Of a DNA stretch of 64,000 nt, positions 53,545 to 63,933 are shown in pieces. The notes under the pieces were generated by a model. It was given only the letters and a program-made list of their open reading frames with translations, did no database searches and was not told the DNA's origin. Origin of the DNA: Methanobacteriota archaeon. GTDB taxonomy: Archaea > Thermoplasmatota > Thermoplasmata > SG8-5 > JAGLSY01. Location of the stretch: contig JAEHCQ010000005.1 of NCBI GenBank assembly GCA_020696385.1, positions 72,311-136,310 of the forward strand, given 5' to 3'. Position numbers and translations under genes: made by a program. Every line of letters starts with the position of its first letter. Position 1 is the first letter of the stretch.

Positions 53545-56433
53545 TCATTTGATATAGATCCCTGGCTTGAATGGAAATGCCCCATCTTTCTTGTTCTGAG
53601 GATCATCGATATTTGACTCATCGGCCTGATAGACATGGACTTCGCAATTGAATTCCTTTTTTAGGAATTCCTTTGCGGATTTCAGAATGGTGCTTTCATT
53701 CAATCCCTCTGACACCCATTTCTTGTCAGAGTCTGAGAATTTCATGGCATTCTTCATAAGCCGCTTGCCGAATGAGCTAAGTTCCTTCGCACGAGCTTTA
53801 AGGTCGGCATCAGCCATTGCCAATTTCATAAGCTGGCCCATATTTATCCGGCCATTCTCCAATAGATCAAGGCCAAGTGAGAAATACTTAGTCTTATAAT
53901 CTGGTAAAGTGTAAATGCAGATCTTGGATGGGCTTATCTTCGTCATTTTTATTATGCCATTGATATCAGCCAGAACATCCTTCACATAATTCTCTGAAAG
54001 GAGTTTGCCCTCATTCATATCGAACTCACTGGCCTCGGGGAAGCTGGCCACCGATACAAGACCATCATTTCCAAGCGTCTCCCACAGCTCTTCAGACATA
54101 TGTGGTGTGAAAGGAGCCATGAGGCGTGTCCAGGCCCCCAGAACTTTCTTAATGAGTTCTGGGTTATTTCCTCCACGCCTCGTGTACCATTTCAGATCCG
54201 ACATGATCTCGAAGAATATACGATTGGAAGCCTCTCTCAATTCGAACCTGTCGAGCGAGTCCCTGACATAGGCGACATTATTGGACATTCGCGAGCTCAG
54301 CCAGCTGTCTAGATATTCATCTGACTCACCCTTGATGTCCATCAGATCATTGGCCAGATTCCAGACGCGGTCCATCCTCTGCCTGCTATTGTGGACATTG
54401 GCCTCATCCCACTCCACATCCACGAAAGGATTGGCGATGTGTGAATAGTAAAGTCGCATGCCATCCACCGTGAATTTGCTGGCTGCATTCGGGATCGGCT
54501 CGGCTCCACCCTTGGACTTACTCATTTTACCGCTCTTTCCAGATATCCACCAGTTGACCAGAATTCCCTGTGGCCAGTCCTTTTCCGGCATGATGGCCAC
54601 GTGATTCATCAGGAAGAGCGGAAAGTGCACGGTCATGTGCTCCTTGCCACCCAGATTGATGTCCAGAGGATACCAGTAATTGAAATCCTCGCGCACCCTA
54701 TTTAGGGTTTCAACAGATATTCCAGTGGTTTCACTCACACTGGCATTATCTCCGTTTCCGAGGAAGACGAAATTGAAGAATATATCATTCAACTGCTCTT
54801 CTTTTATCAGGCCAGCATTAATATAAGGAGATATTATATAAAAAGCAGAATATAAAGTAGAATCCGATATTGGCTCGATTATCCAGCGATCGTCCATTGG
54901 CAGTCTTGTACCCAGCCAATTTCCAAGTCTGGCACATGCTCTCTCCTTGAACCAATCGAGAGCCCCGGGCATGTTTTCCTGGTAATCCTGTGGCAGGATG
55001 TTCATCTTGGGGACAAAGGCCTTGGCGGCTTCCGTAACCTTCTCATTACCATAATCGATGAACCACTGGTCCGGTATCTTCTTCATGATGACCTTTTCAC
55101 CACATCTGCAGATGACTGGCTCTGAAAGATCGTGCATGATATCCGCTACACCGAGGTCAAGCATCATTTCTTTAACCTGATCCTTGGCAATACTGACAGT
55201 CAAGCCAGCATATTCCCCGCAGATATCGCGCATGACGCCAGTGTGGAAGCCAGACTTGTAGATCTCCTTGGTGGCCTCTTCCAGCCTTGGGTCATTTTGA
55301 TCGGTGATGTTCATTTTTTCTACTATCTCGACACCTGGATTGTCTCCATAGCCCTTGGATTTGATTATCGGAATTGGCTCAATGGCCTTGACCATCGCAT
55401 TGTCGATACCGAACTTCTCACAAGTGGCAGGATCATTGGCCAGGTCCACCAGAGCGATCCAATCATATGGAGCGTCTGAAGGGACGCTCGTAACAAGGCC
55501 AGTACCATAATCAGGGTCTGTGAAGGATGATGGTAGAATAGGAATTTCACGCTCGATGACCGGAGCCGTCACTATCTTGCCGATAAGCTCGGTGGCCGGA
55601 ACTTTTCCAATGACCTCCACATCGTCCTTTTGGAAGCTCAGTTTCTCGGCCCCTTCCGGACTCACAATCCACACCTCGCCATCAACTCTGGCTCGGACAT
55701 ATTCCACATCTGGATTGGCCCAGAAATTCGTCTGGCCATATACCGTTTCTGGCCTGAGCGTGGCAGCTATCACGAACTCATCGCCCATCTTGAATTTAAG
55801 AAGTGTCCACTCCTGCTTCTCCGCATTCCCACCCTGAGAGATATCGGTCTCCGAAGCATCCACAGCAACTGGTCCGCAATTAAGACATGCGGAGCCAAAG
55901 TATGGCTTCTGGATAAGCATCCCGGCCTTGTCCAGTTTCCTGAACTGCCACTGGATGAATTTCTGGTATCCGGGGTCGATAGTGGTTGTGAAACAATCGT
56001 AACTGGCTAAGAATCCAAACTTCTTCCAGTAATCGTCAATGTAGATCTGGCTGAAGAATTTGACAACCTCAAGAGGGTCCTTCAGTCTTTCAAGATCTTC
56101 ATCACTGCATCCATTGGCCTTCAGCATATTGATATGATCTGGAATATTCCTCTCGATCTTCCTGGAGAAGGCCGGGGCTATATTGCCAGATGGGTGAGCG
56201 CCAACAGGAAAAAGCACATTGTAGCCGTCCATGCGCTTGTACCTGGTTATCACATCGGAATACGTGTAACCGCGCATATGTCCCACATGCAGATAGCCGG
56301 ACATTCCAGGGTAGGCGAACATGAGGAAGAATTTCTTTTGGTCTGGCACTGGCTGGGGGTGGCATATATCCGAATCAAACCACTTTTTCTGCCATTTGGC
56401 CTCCACTTCGGAAGCAATGTAATCTCTTTCCAT
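53545..56433 (-). CDS. leuS: Leucine--tRNA ligase (archaeal type)
   Basis: HVGH, ATLRPET, GTGLVTSVPSDAPYD, KMSKS, C-terminal PFKPGIY. Confidence 0.95.
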   Translation of the reverse strand: MERDYIASEVEAKWQKKWFDSDICHPQPVPDQKKFFLMFAYPGMSGYLHVGHMRGYTYSDVITRYKRMDGYNVLFPVGAHPSGNIAPAFSRKIERNIPDHINMLKANGCSDEDLERLKDPLEVVKFFSQIYIDDYWKKFGFLASYDCFTTTIDPGYQKFIQWQFRKLDKAGMLIQKPYFGSACLNCGPVAVDASETDISQGGNAEKQEWTLLKFKMGDEFVIAATLRPETVYGQTNFWANPDVEYVRARVDGEVWIVSPEGAEKLSFQKDDVEVIGKVPATELIGKIVTAPVIEREIPILPSSFTDPDYGTGLVTSVPSDAPYDWIALVDLANDPATCEKFGIDNAMVKAIEPIPIIKSKGYGDNPGVEIVEKMNITDQNDPRLEEATKEIYKSGFHTGVMRDICGEYAGLTVSIAKDQVKEMMLDLGVADIMHDLSEPVICRCGEKVIMKKIPDQWFIDYGNEKVTEAAKAFVPKMNILPQDYQENMPGALDWFKERACARLGNWLGTRLPMDDRWIIEPISDSTLYSAFYIISPYINAGLIKEEQLNDIFFNFVFLGNGDNASVSETTGISVETLNRVREDFNYWYPLDINLGGKEHMTVHFPLFLMNHVAIMPEKDWPQGILVNWWISGKSGKMSKSKGGAEPIPNAASKFTVDGMRLYYSHIANPFVDVEWDEANVHNSRQRMDRVWNLANDLMDIKGESDEYLDSWLSSRMSNNVAYVRDSLDRFELREASNRIFFEIMSDLKWYTRRGGNNPELIKKVLGAWTRLMAPFTPHMSEELWETLGNDGLVSVASFPEASEFDMNEGKLLSENYVKDVLADINGIIKMTKISPSKICIYTLPDYKTKYFSLGLDLLENGRINMGQLMKLAMADADLKARAKELSSFGKRLMKNAMKFSDSDKKWVSEGLNESTILKSAKEFLKKEFNCEVHVYQADESNIDDPQNKKDGAFPFKPGIYIK

Positions 56434-56516
56434 CAGAACAGGAGAAATGGAAATCGCTAAAAAAGGTTGCTATCGTAAGATTATTAAGTACAGAGAACAA
56501 TATTGTATATGATAAT

Positions 56517-56825
56517 ATGGCAAAAAAAGAAGACACCCAGCAGGAATTGATCGTGCTCAAGAGGGATGCGGAGTTCATCCTATCATGCCTCGAACCCTTC
56601 AAAGAGGGATTTGTTTCAGGGTACTCATGGGGCAGACTTCCACGCGAGAACTTGAAGAAGATAATCGAGCTCTACAATGACATACTGGCCAAGGCACAGA
56701 AACTGCAGAAGTCCGAGAAGACCATACAGGGACTGAAGCCAGTTGACATCGATGATTTTAATGAATTCGACCTGCTGATAAACGTGGCCATGCTGAATAA
56801 TCATATTATCATCAATGACCTATAG
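56517..56825 (+). CDS. Small hypothetical protein (102 aa)
   Basis: Clean ORF divergent from leuS, with upstream TATA-like ttattaag. Confidence 0.7.
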   Translation: MAKKEDTQQELIVLKRDAEFILSCLEPFKEGFVSGYSWGRLPRENLKKIIELYNDILAKAQKLQKSEKTIQGLKPVDIDDFNEFDLLINVAMLNNHIIINDL

Positions 56826-56852
56826 GGTACAAGAACATTTTGAATTCAAGCA

Positions 56853-57015
56853 TGCCCCGTCTGAATGACAGTATACTGTCATCTGGAGGGCGGGGTACTC
56901 CCAGTGTTTTCTCAGTGAGTGACAGTTACAATGTACCAGTGGGAAGATTACCCACTCGCAGATTTGAGCGAGTGGTCAATTCAAACCCCGGTTGGAGTCC
57001 AACGATGGCCGGGGT
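56853..57015 (+). other. Multi-hairpin intergenic element (candidate ncRNA or MITE-like repeat)
   Basis: Four or more stems, including the perfect palindrome ATGACAGTATACTGTCAT. G-U pairs favour the + strand. Confidence 0.5.
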
Positions 57016-57046
57016 CCTTATCCACACCCGGCTCAACAAACCCATC

Positions 57047-58588
57047 CTACTTCTTCACCTGATATATCACATCTATAACAGTGCCATCTCTGTACGCGAT
57101 AATGGCAACAACCCGATCGGTATAATTCGGCTCGGGTGCTTTTCCGCCTGCTTTCTGCTCCGCTATCCTGGCCAGGTCCTGAATGTCTATCACATTCAGG
57201 TTTGCTTCTTTTGCCATTTCTATCATGTCATCCCGCAGAGGGTTTATCGCGATGCCAGCTTCCGTAACTATGGCATCGATGGTTTCTCCCGGCGTTGTTA
57301 CATTCGTCACCTTGTCCATGACGATCGGCCAGTTCTTCCTGTGGGTGGGGCAGGTGATCACAGTCATCTTCGAGCCAGCAGCGACATCCTGATGACCGCC
57401 AATTCCGTGTAGTAGATAGCCGTCAGAGTGGGTGTTCACATTGACATTAAAGTCGGTATCAACTTCTGTCGCACCCAGGAAAGCCAGATCCACCATATTG
57501 ACCAGCTGGCCTCTATTGAAAGGATTGGCGTAAAAGTCAGGCTCAATTTCGTGATGTTTTGGATTGGAATTGAGTGATTGGATGCTGGGGATATCAAAGC
57601 TCTGGGTGTCCAGTATCTTCTCGATGAGCCCCTCTTCCAGCATCTTGACGATATGGCCAGTTATTCCGCCATGGGCGAAACCGGCCTTGATATTCTTCTT
57701 CTTCATCTTTTCGCGGATGAAGTCGAGGGCGGCCAGTGATATTCCTCCAGCTCCTGCCTGGAAGGAAAAGCCATTCTTGATCACGCCACAAGCATCAGCT
57801 AACTCGACAGTTTGTCGCGCGATGTCCAGACGCATTGGATCTGTGGTCGGCTGCATGGTGCCAGTTGCGATTCCCTCGGGGTCTCCAATTGAATCGACCT
57901 TCACCACCCAGTCAACATAAACTTGAGAAATTACCGGGGGCATGACCGGATATGGCTGAATATTATCTGTTACGACGACCGTGTTCTTCGCGTATCGAGA
58001 GTCAGCCAGAGCATAACCCAGGGGCCCACAAGCGGACTTACCTTCTCTTCCATTCGCATTGCCGTATACATCGGCAATGGGAGCTGCGACGAAGGCCGTG
58101 TCGATCTTCAGCGCGCCTATGTGGATGGCGCGAACTCGACTGCCATGTGATCGGAGAATTGCGAGGTCGTGCATCTTTCCCTCAGATACAGTTCGACCCA
58201 CCGGGCCATTCATACTGCCCTCGATGGACGATATGGTGCCGTTCTCTATCATCTTCACTATGGGTTCATGTACAGAGAATAAAGCGCTCTGTGCCAGCTT
58301 AAGACCCTTTAGACCGCGTTTCTGGGCCACATCCATCACCATATTGATGACATGATCGCCGTTCCTCAGGTGGTGGTGGAAGGATAAGCATGCGCCGTGG
58401 GTGATGCCGCATTTGTCAAATGAATCATCTATGCTGGATACCATTTTATCAGGTGCATAGCTGGTGGGCTTCAGGGGCAGGGGGACCTTCCAGCCCCTGG
58501 CATGCCTCTCAAAAGCTCCCTTATAAGGTACAAGATGTCTTCCTCCGACTAATGACGGTATTTCCCTGCCTACTGCATTGACTGGCAT
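57047..58588 (-). CDS. citF: Citrate lyase alpha-subunit-like citrate CoA-transferase (paralog 2)
   Basis: NAVGREIP, SFHHHLRNGD, RSHG.R, SFQAGAGG, GATEVDTDFNVNV, GGHQDVAAG, YRDGTVID. Confidence 0.9.
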   Translation of the reverse strand: MPVNAVGREIPSLVGGRHLVPYKGAFERHARGWKVPLPLKPTSYAPDKMVSSIDDSFDKCGITHGACLSFHHHLRNGDHVINMVMDVAQKRGLKGLKLAQSALFSVHEPIVKMIENGTISSIEGSMNGPVGRTVSEGKMHDLAILRSHGSRVRAIHIGALKIDTAFVAAPIADVYGNANGREGKSACGPLGYALADSRYAKNTVVVTDNIQPYPVMPPVISQVYVDWVVKVDSIGDPEGIATGTMQPTTDPMRLDIARQTVELADACGVIKNGFSFQAGAGGISLAALDFIREKMKKKNIKAGFAHGGITGHIVKMLEEGLIEKILDTQSFDIPSIQSLNSNPKHHEIEPDFYANPFNRGQLVNMVDLAFLGATEVDTDFNVNVNTHSDGYLLHGIGGHQDVAAGSKMTVITCPTHRKNWPIVMDKVTNVTTPGETIDAIVTEAGIAINPLRDDMIEMAKEANLNVIDIQDLARIAEQKAGGKAPEPNYTDRVVAIIAYRDGTVIDVIYQVKK

Positions 58589-58636
58589 TTAATTTATCTC
58601 CATTTATTAAATTGTTAATATATTATTGCGCATATA

Positions 58637-59443
58637 TTATTTATATTCATCTGGCAGATCGCATTCATCAGGCCCATCATAATCGTGTTCTGATGAGTAC
58701 ATCTTGCGCATTGGCCTCTCACGACTCATCTCCTCATAGGCTTGGGCCACGAGGCCAGCAGTTCTCCCCATTAGGAAAAATGCCTTGCCCAGACGGTGAT
58801 CGAAGCCCATATCGGACATAACGGCGGCGATAGCCCCATCCACATTGATGGGTAGCTTGCGACCAGTCTGTGATTCCAATTCCACCTCAATAGCCTTGGA
58901 GAGCTCCACATGCTTGTCAGCGATCTCGTATTCCGCGGAAAGCGCGAACAGCTTTCCGGTCCTTGGATCCGACGTATGAACTCTGTGGCCGAAGCCTGGT
59001 AATCTCTTTTTCTGTTCTCGGGATTCGGCAACTATCTGCCTGGCGACCTCGGTTATTTCGAGGTCCTCTCCATTCGCCCTGATGACACCTTCCTGAAGAA
59101 GGAGCGCGCCCTTTTCGATAGCTCCACCGTGAACATCGCCAACTGCCATGATGCCAGCGGCTACCGCGGTTGGGAGCGGGACACCGGAAGAAGCGACGGT
59201 ACGCGCCGCCCTTGCTGAAGGCGGCGTTATCCCGTGATCGATGGATGATGTAAGAATAGCATCCATCATCTTTCCCTCATTCTCTGTTGGCATCCTGCCG
59301 CTCAGTATCAGAAATACATTGTGAGAGAAGGGCACATTGCCGATAAGATCCTCCTGCCTGTAGCCACGAGTTACGATATGATTGGGTTTGACAGTGGTTA
59401 TGCCAGTCTTCCAAATTGGGTCATCTTCTGCCAAGAAGCTCAA
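58637..59443 (-). CDS. Citryl-CoA lyase (citrate synthase/ACL C-terminal family)
   Basis: WKTGIT, IDHGITPPS, HGGA, PGFGHRVH..DPR, INVDGAIA. Confidence 0.85.
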   Translation of the reverse strand: MSFLAEDDPIWKTGITTVKPNHIVTRGYRQEDLIGNVPFSHNVFLILSGRMPTENEGKMMDAILTSSIDHGITPPSARAARTVASSGVPLPTAVAAGIMAVGDVHGGAIEKGALLLQEGVIRANGEDLEITEVARQIVAESREQKKRLPGFGHRVHTSDPRTGKLFALSAEYEIADKHVELSKAIEVELESQTGRKLPINVDGAIAAVMSDMGFDHRLGKAFFLMGRTAGLVAQAYEEMSRERPMRKMYSSEHDYDGPDECDLPDEYK

Positions 59444-60981
59444 TCCTCCCTTTTCACTTCGCGGACCACATCGGTCACGGTCCCATCTCTGAACTTGATC
59501 ACACCAACGAATTTATCCGTGTACTCAAGTGGCTCGGGAGCGCCAGTGATATCATAGGCCATGTCCCTGAGAGCCTCAATTGGCTTTGGATCGAACTCAG
59601 CCAGGAGCTTCCAAAGGTCCTGCCTTTTCGGGTTAATTGTAATACCCTGGTCTGTCGCGATCACATCCACGCATTCGCCAGGTGTTGTTACAGTTGTTAC
59701 CGAATCCCTCACGATGGGATTCGTTTTCCTGACTATCGGAGTTGTTATGAAAGTGACCTTCGAGCCAGCAGCCGCATCTGGATGTCCTCCACTGCCGTGC
59801 AGGAGAAGTCCATCCGAGTGCGTGTTCACATTCACATTGAAGTCCACATCCACCTCTGTGGCTCCCAGGAAACAAGCGTCCTGCTGATGGGTTATGCAAC
59901 CTCTTGAATGCGGATTTCCAAAGTGATAGTGCGATACCTCGACATGATCTGGATCGTTCAGAAGTGAATCGATGGCCGGAATATCGAATGCCTGGGCATC
60001 CAGTATCTTTCTCAGCGTGCCACCGTGAAGCATGTCCACCACCTGGCCGGTTATCCCACCCATGGCGAAACTGCCCACGACGCCTTTCTCCAGCATCCTC
60101 TCATGAAGGAACTTGACAACTGCCAGTGACATTCCACCGGCTCCCGCCTGGAAGGAAAATCCATCTTCCAGCTGGCCGATGGCATCCATCGCATCCACAA
60201 CCTGCTGAGCGATCTTAAGGCGTACAGGATCTTCTGTGATCTTCATCGTGCCAGTGGCGATTCCCTTTGGATCTCCAATATTGTCCACATTGACAACAAA
60301 GTCCACCTGATGCTCCGGAATACTAATTGGAGTGCATGGGTATGGCTGAAGATTATCCGTGATTATCACAACTCTGTCAGCGAACCAGGAGTCTGCTATT
60401 GCGAATCCCATTGGCCCGAACTTCGACTCACCCAGTACACCATTGCAGTTACCGGAATCATCAGACCCGGAGGCTGCGAGGAAGGCAACGTCAATGTGCA
60501 TATTGCCTCTTTCCAGATCAAGAGTTCTTGCACCATGTGTCCTGATGACAACTGGCTCGACGCATGGATTCTCCGATATGTACTTCCCGAGGGGACCATT
60601 CAAATTACCCTCAAAGCTGGTGACAACACCGTTCTTGATGTGCTCGACAAGTGCTTCTGTGTGAATTGCAAAAACAGATGAATGGCGCATTCCGATATTC
60701 TTGATGCCTTTCCTGGCGATCTCCTCCAGCACCATGGCGACGACATAGTCCCCATTCCTCAGGTGATGGTGAAATGAAATATTCATCCCGCTCTTCAAGC
60801 CAGACTTGTCAATTGCCTCGGATATTGATGATAAAAGCTTCTTCTTTCCAGGATGGCTAGACCATATCTTCCTTGCTATGGCATTGCCCCTCGGTGTTGT
60901 TGCAAATGCTCCTTTAAAGGGCTCCAATTCTATACTGCCTATCTTCTCAGGGATCTCCCTGCCAAGCGCGTTCATTACCAT
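59440..60981 (-). CDS. citF: Citrate lyase alpha-subunit-like citrate CoA-transferase (paralog 1)
   Basis: NALGREIP, SFHHHLRNGD, RTHG.R, SFQAGAGG, GSGGHPDAAAG, FRDGTVTD. Confidence 0.9.
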   Translation of the reverse strand: MVMNALGREIPEKIGSIELEPFKGAFATTPRGNAIARKIWSSHPGKKKLLSSISEAIDKSGLKSGMNISFHHHLRNGDYVVAMVLEEIARKGIKNIGMRHSSVFAIHTEALVEHIKNGVVTSFEGNLNGPLGKYISENPCVEPVVIRTHGARTLDLERGNMHIDVAFLAASGSDDSGNCNGVLGESKFGPMGFAIADSWFADRVVIITDNLQPYPCTPISIPEHQVDFVVNVDNIGDPKGIATGTMKITEDPVRLKIAQQVVDAMDAIGQLEDGFSFQAGAGGMSLAVVKFLHERMLEKGVVGSFAMGGITGQVVDMLHGGTLRKILDAQAFDIPAIDSLLNDPDHVEVSHYHFGNPHSRGCITHQQDACFLGATEVDVDFNVNVNTHSDGLLLHGSGGHPDAAAGSKVTFITTPIVRKTNPIVRDSVTTVTTPGECVDVIATDQGITINPKRQDLWKLLAEFDPKPIEALRDMAYDITGAPEPLEYTDKFVGVIKFRDGTVTDVVREVKRED

Positions 60982-61166
60982 TTTCAGACACCTCGATCAT
61001 TATTGCATCCTGCATGCGTATCATGTGCATACGGGCATATGAAAGGTGAATGATAACTCGTATTATTAAAGGTAATGTTGGAAGTAAATAAATAGCATGA
61101 GCTTCAGAAATTGACAGTTTCATAAGTAATCATTAATAACTTGCAAGGAGTTCAAGTGCTGGTGAT

Positions 61167-62390
61167 TTGATAAGCGACCTATCCTCTCTGGTAGTTGCCG
61201 CCATTCTGGCATTTGCCGCACCTCTTATTTGTGAAAGACTTAAGATACCAATTGTAGTTGGCGAGATAATCTTCGGTCTGGCAGTAGGTCTTATTGCATT
61301 CGCCGCCCTGGAATTCTACGATATCAGTATTCTCGAATCTTCAGCTTCTCTCGAATTCCTGGCTCTTATCGGTTTCATCTTCCTGATGTTCCTGGCTGGC
61401 CTGGAGATCGATTTCGAGATCCTTCAGGAACAGGGCATTAAATCCCTGATATACGCGATCATGATATTCGGTTTCACCCTGGCCATATCCTATTTCATAG
61501 TCAGTGCCTTGAGCATATCCGAAGATCCCTTTTTCATGTCCCTGGTCCTCAGCACAACTTCTGTAGGCGTGGTATTGCCCACGCTGAGGGAAACCGGCCT
61601 TAGCAAAACGAAGGCCGGCCAGACAATCATACTATCAGCCATTGTGGCTGATTTCGCCACGATGATACTCCTGACCTATTATGCAATTGGCATGACCATC
61701 GATGTTACTGGCCCTGGAGCCATGATGCCTCTGATATTCATCTTCTTCATCGTATCACTATTCTTCACCATACATCTGGCAGGCAGATTGGCCATCTGGC
61801 ACTTCCCAAATACCCTGGTAAAGTTCTTCTCTCAGGATGATGCCACCGAGATGGGAGTTCGGGCTTCCATCGCCATCCTTTTCATCTTCGTGGCAATGTC
61901 CCAGACCATTGGAGGAGAGGCCTCCACCAGCATAGCCATTCTTGGGGCTTTCATGGCCGGTGCTGTGATATCATTCACCTTTACGAAACAGGCTATACTC
62001 GAAAAGAAATTGTTCGGACTGGGCTTCGGATTTCTCATACCCTTTTTCTTCATACATCTTGGAATCTCATTCGACTTCCAAAGCATACTGGAAGGCACAG
62101 ATCTTCTTGGATTAATGCTCGTGTTCCTGGCAATTGCCTTTGCAGTGAAGCTGATACCATCTCTATTTCTACTGCCCACCTTCAAGGCCCGCAATACACT
62201 GGCCATCGGATTCCTGCTGGCATCCCGACTCAGCTTGATAATAGCAGCTGCTGAAATTGGTCGCGAGCTTGACATAATTGATGAGTCCATGAGAAGCGCA
62301 CTTATTCTTGTGGGGATCACAACCAGTATCGTCTGCCCCATGATATTCAGAAGAATTTACAAGCCAGGCGTAGAGGAGGCGATCTCGTGA
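61167..62390 (+). CDS. Cation:proton antiporter (CPA2 family)
   Basis: IPIVVGEI, LMFLAGLEID, STTSVGVV, LGAFMAG, IPFFF; about 12-13 TM segments. Confidence 0.9.
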   Translation: MISDLSSLVVAAILAFAAPLICERLKIPIVVGEIIFGLAVGLIAFAALEFYDISILESSASLEFLALIGFIFLMFLAGLEIDFEILQEQGIKSLIYAIMIFGFTLAISYFIVSALSISEDPFFMSLVLSTTSVGVVLPTLRETGLSKTKAGQTIILSAIVADFATMILLTYYAIGMTIDVTGPGAMMPLIFIFFIVSLFFTIHLAGRLAIWHFPNTLVKFFSQDDATEMGVRASIAILFIFVAMSQTIGGEASTSIAILGAFMAGAVISFTFTKQAILEKKLFGLGFGFLIPFFFIHLGISFDFQSILEGTDLLGLMLVFLAIAFAVKLIPSLFLLPTFKARNTLAIGFLLASRLSLIIAAAEIGRELDIIDESMRSALILVGITTSIVCPMIFRRIYKPGVEEAIS

Positions 62391-62439
62391 GATCGACACA
62401 GAAAGCGATCTTCATTAGTTCACCACGGGGGGTGAAATA

Positions 62440-63807
62440 ATGAACAAGGTGATAATCGTAGGGGCGGGAGACACTGGCCAAGCAGTCAAGCACAGGATTA
62501 AAAATTCGGTTCTTGTCGATGCGGATCCAGGCAAGGTCATCATGCTCAGCCGTGAACATCCGGACTGGAAGATCATCGGAGGAGATGCATCCGACCCCAA
62601 TGTGCTGAAGACCGCGGGATTAGAAAATACTGAATACCTTTTAATAACCACGAATAAGGATTATTTCGCCCAGAAAATAGCTATGACTGCGAAGAAGGTG
62701 AATGACGATATCAAGATGATCTCGGTACTTCATGACATAAAGAATTTCCATGATCTCCGGGAGGCTGGCATTGAACATCTGATCTCACCCATCAGCGAGA
62801 CCATTGACGCGATACTTGGTCAATTGATACCAGTGGGCGAGAATATCACCGAGATCGCCATCACACAACATTCCATCGCACTGGGCAAGACCATCATGGA
62901 TGTCGAGCTTCCGCAGGATACCATCATTGGAGCTGTATTGAGAGGTCATCATCTTATCAGGCCAGAGGCGAATACCATCCTCCAAAAGGGCGATGTGATA
63001 TCACTGGTCAGTCTGGGGCATCTGGAGGCCGATGTGGTAGATGCAATAAGTGGTGACCACAAGACAGTGGTGCCATTGGACAATTTCTTATGTCTTCTGA
63101 AAGACGAAAATGATCTGATGATACTGGATGAGGTTCTTCATCTGGCATCTCGAAGTGTGGCCAAATGCAGGTTCATTTTCCCGGAATCCCTTATCAGTTC
63201 CAGAGAATTGATAGAAAAGAAAGCGAAGGATCACGGAGTCGAGATCACTTGTGAATCCTATATGGGAAATATCCTGGAAAAATTCGCCAGCCAGGCACGA
63301 GAATTGGATGCAACCACTTCCAATCCCCTGATCATACTACCACAGAGAAAACTCAGTCTTCTTAAATATCATCTGCCAGCAAAATTCCTTGAGAACCTGA
63401 TAATAGAAATTCCATTCCCCTTCTATATTCCAAAATCCATGCAGTACAAGAAATTCGACCGCGTGCTTCATTTCATAACAGATCAGCATCATGATGGACT
63501 ATGTGCCAGTTGCGCTGTTGGGATGGCCAGGGTCAATGATGTGCCAATAAAATCCCTTGTCTTACACAATCCGGAGAACACCTATGCGGAAGAGATCCTC
63601 ATCCACACAAAGAGGATAGCCAAGGTGTATGGGATTGATGTCGTGGAAGAGGTCATTGAAGGCAATCCGACTTTGGAATTCATTCAAGATGTCCGAAGCA
63701 CTGCCAACCAGTTAGTGATAATCAACTGGGAGTGTTCGACTTTGAGGCGGGACATTATGAGAAAGATCATTAACGAGGCTAATGCCAGTGTGCTATTGAT
63801 GAAATAA
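62440..63807 (+). CDS. TrkA/RCK N- and C-domain regulatory subunit with C-terminal USP-like region
   Basis: IIVGAGDTG, GDASDP.VL..AGL, RCK_C GKTI....LP, EGNP...; adjacent to the antiporter. Confidence 0.8.
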   Translation: MNKVIIVGAGDTGQAVKHRIKNSVLVDADPGKVIMLSREHPDWKIIGGDASDPNVLKTAGLENTEYLLITTNKDYFAQKIAMTAKKVNDDIKMISVLHDIKNFHDLREAGIEHLISPISETIDAILGQLIPVGENITEIAITQHSIALGKTIMDVELPQDTIIGAVLRGHHLIRPEANTILQKGDVISLVSLGHLEADVVDAISGDHKTVVPLDNFLCLLKDENDLMILDEVLHLASRSVAKCRFIFPESLISSRELIEKKAKDHGVEITCESYMGNILEKFASQARELDATTSNPLIILPQRKLSLLKYHLPAKFLENLIIEIPFPFYIPKSMQYKKFDRVLHFITDQHHDGLCASCAVGMARVNDVPIKSLVLHNPENTYAEEILIHTKRIAKVYGIDVVEEVIEGNPTLEFIQDVRSTANQLVIINWECSTLRRDIMRKIINEANASVLLMK

Positions 63808-63933
63808 GAAGATAAAATACCAACCCAGCCTTGCCAATTGCCAAAGCATACCTCATCGATATGGTATATCTCGACATAATTTCAACAGATAGAAACTTTT
63901 TATAGCCCATTGACATATATATGTTCGATAATC

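Noticed and set aside
56840-57412. 190-aa plus-strand ORF and other long antisense ORFs (e.g. 31831-32694, 41324-42031, 51921-52652)
   Set aside because: Shadow frames of well-supported genes, with no recognisable motifs.
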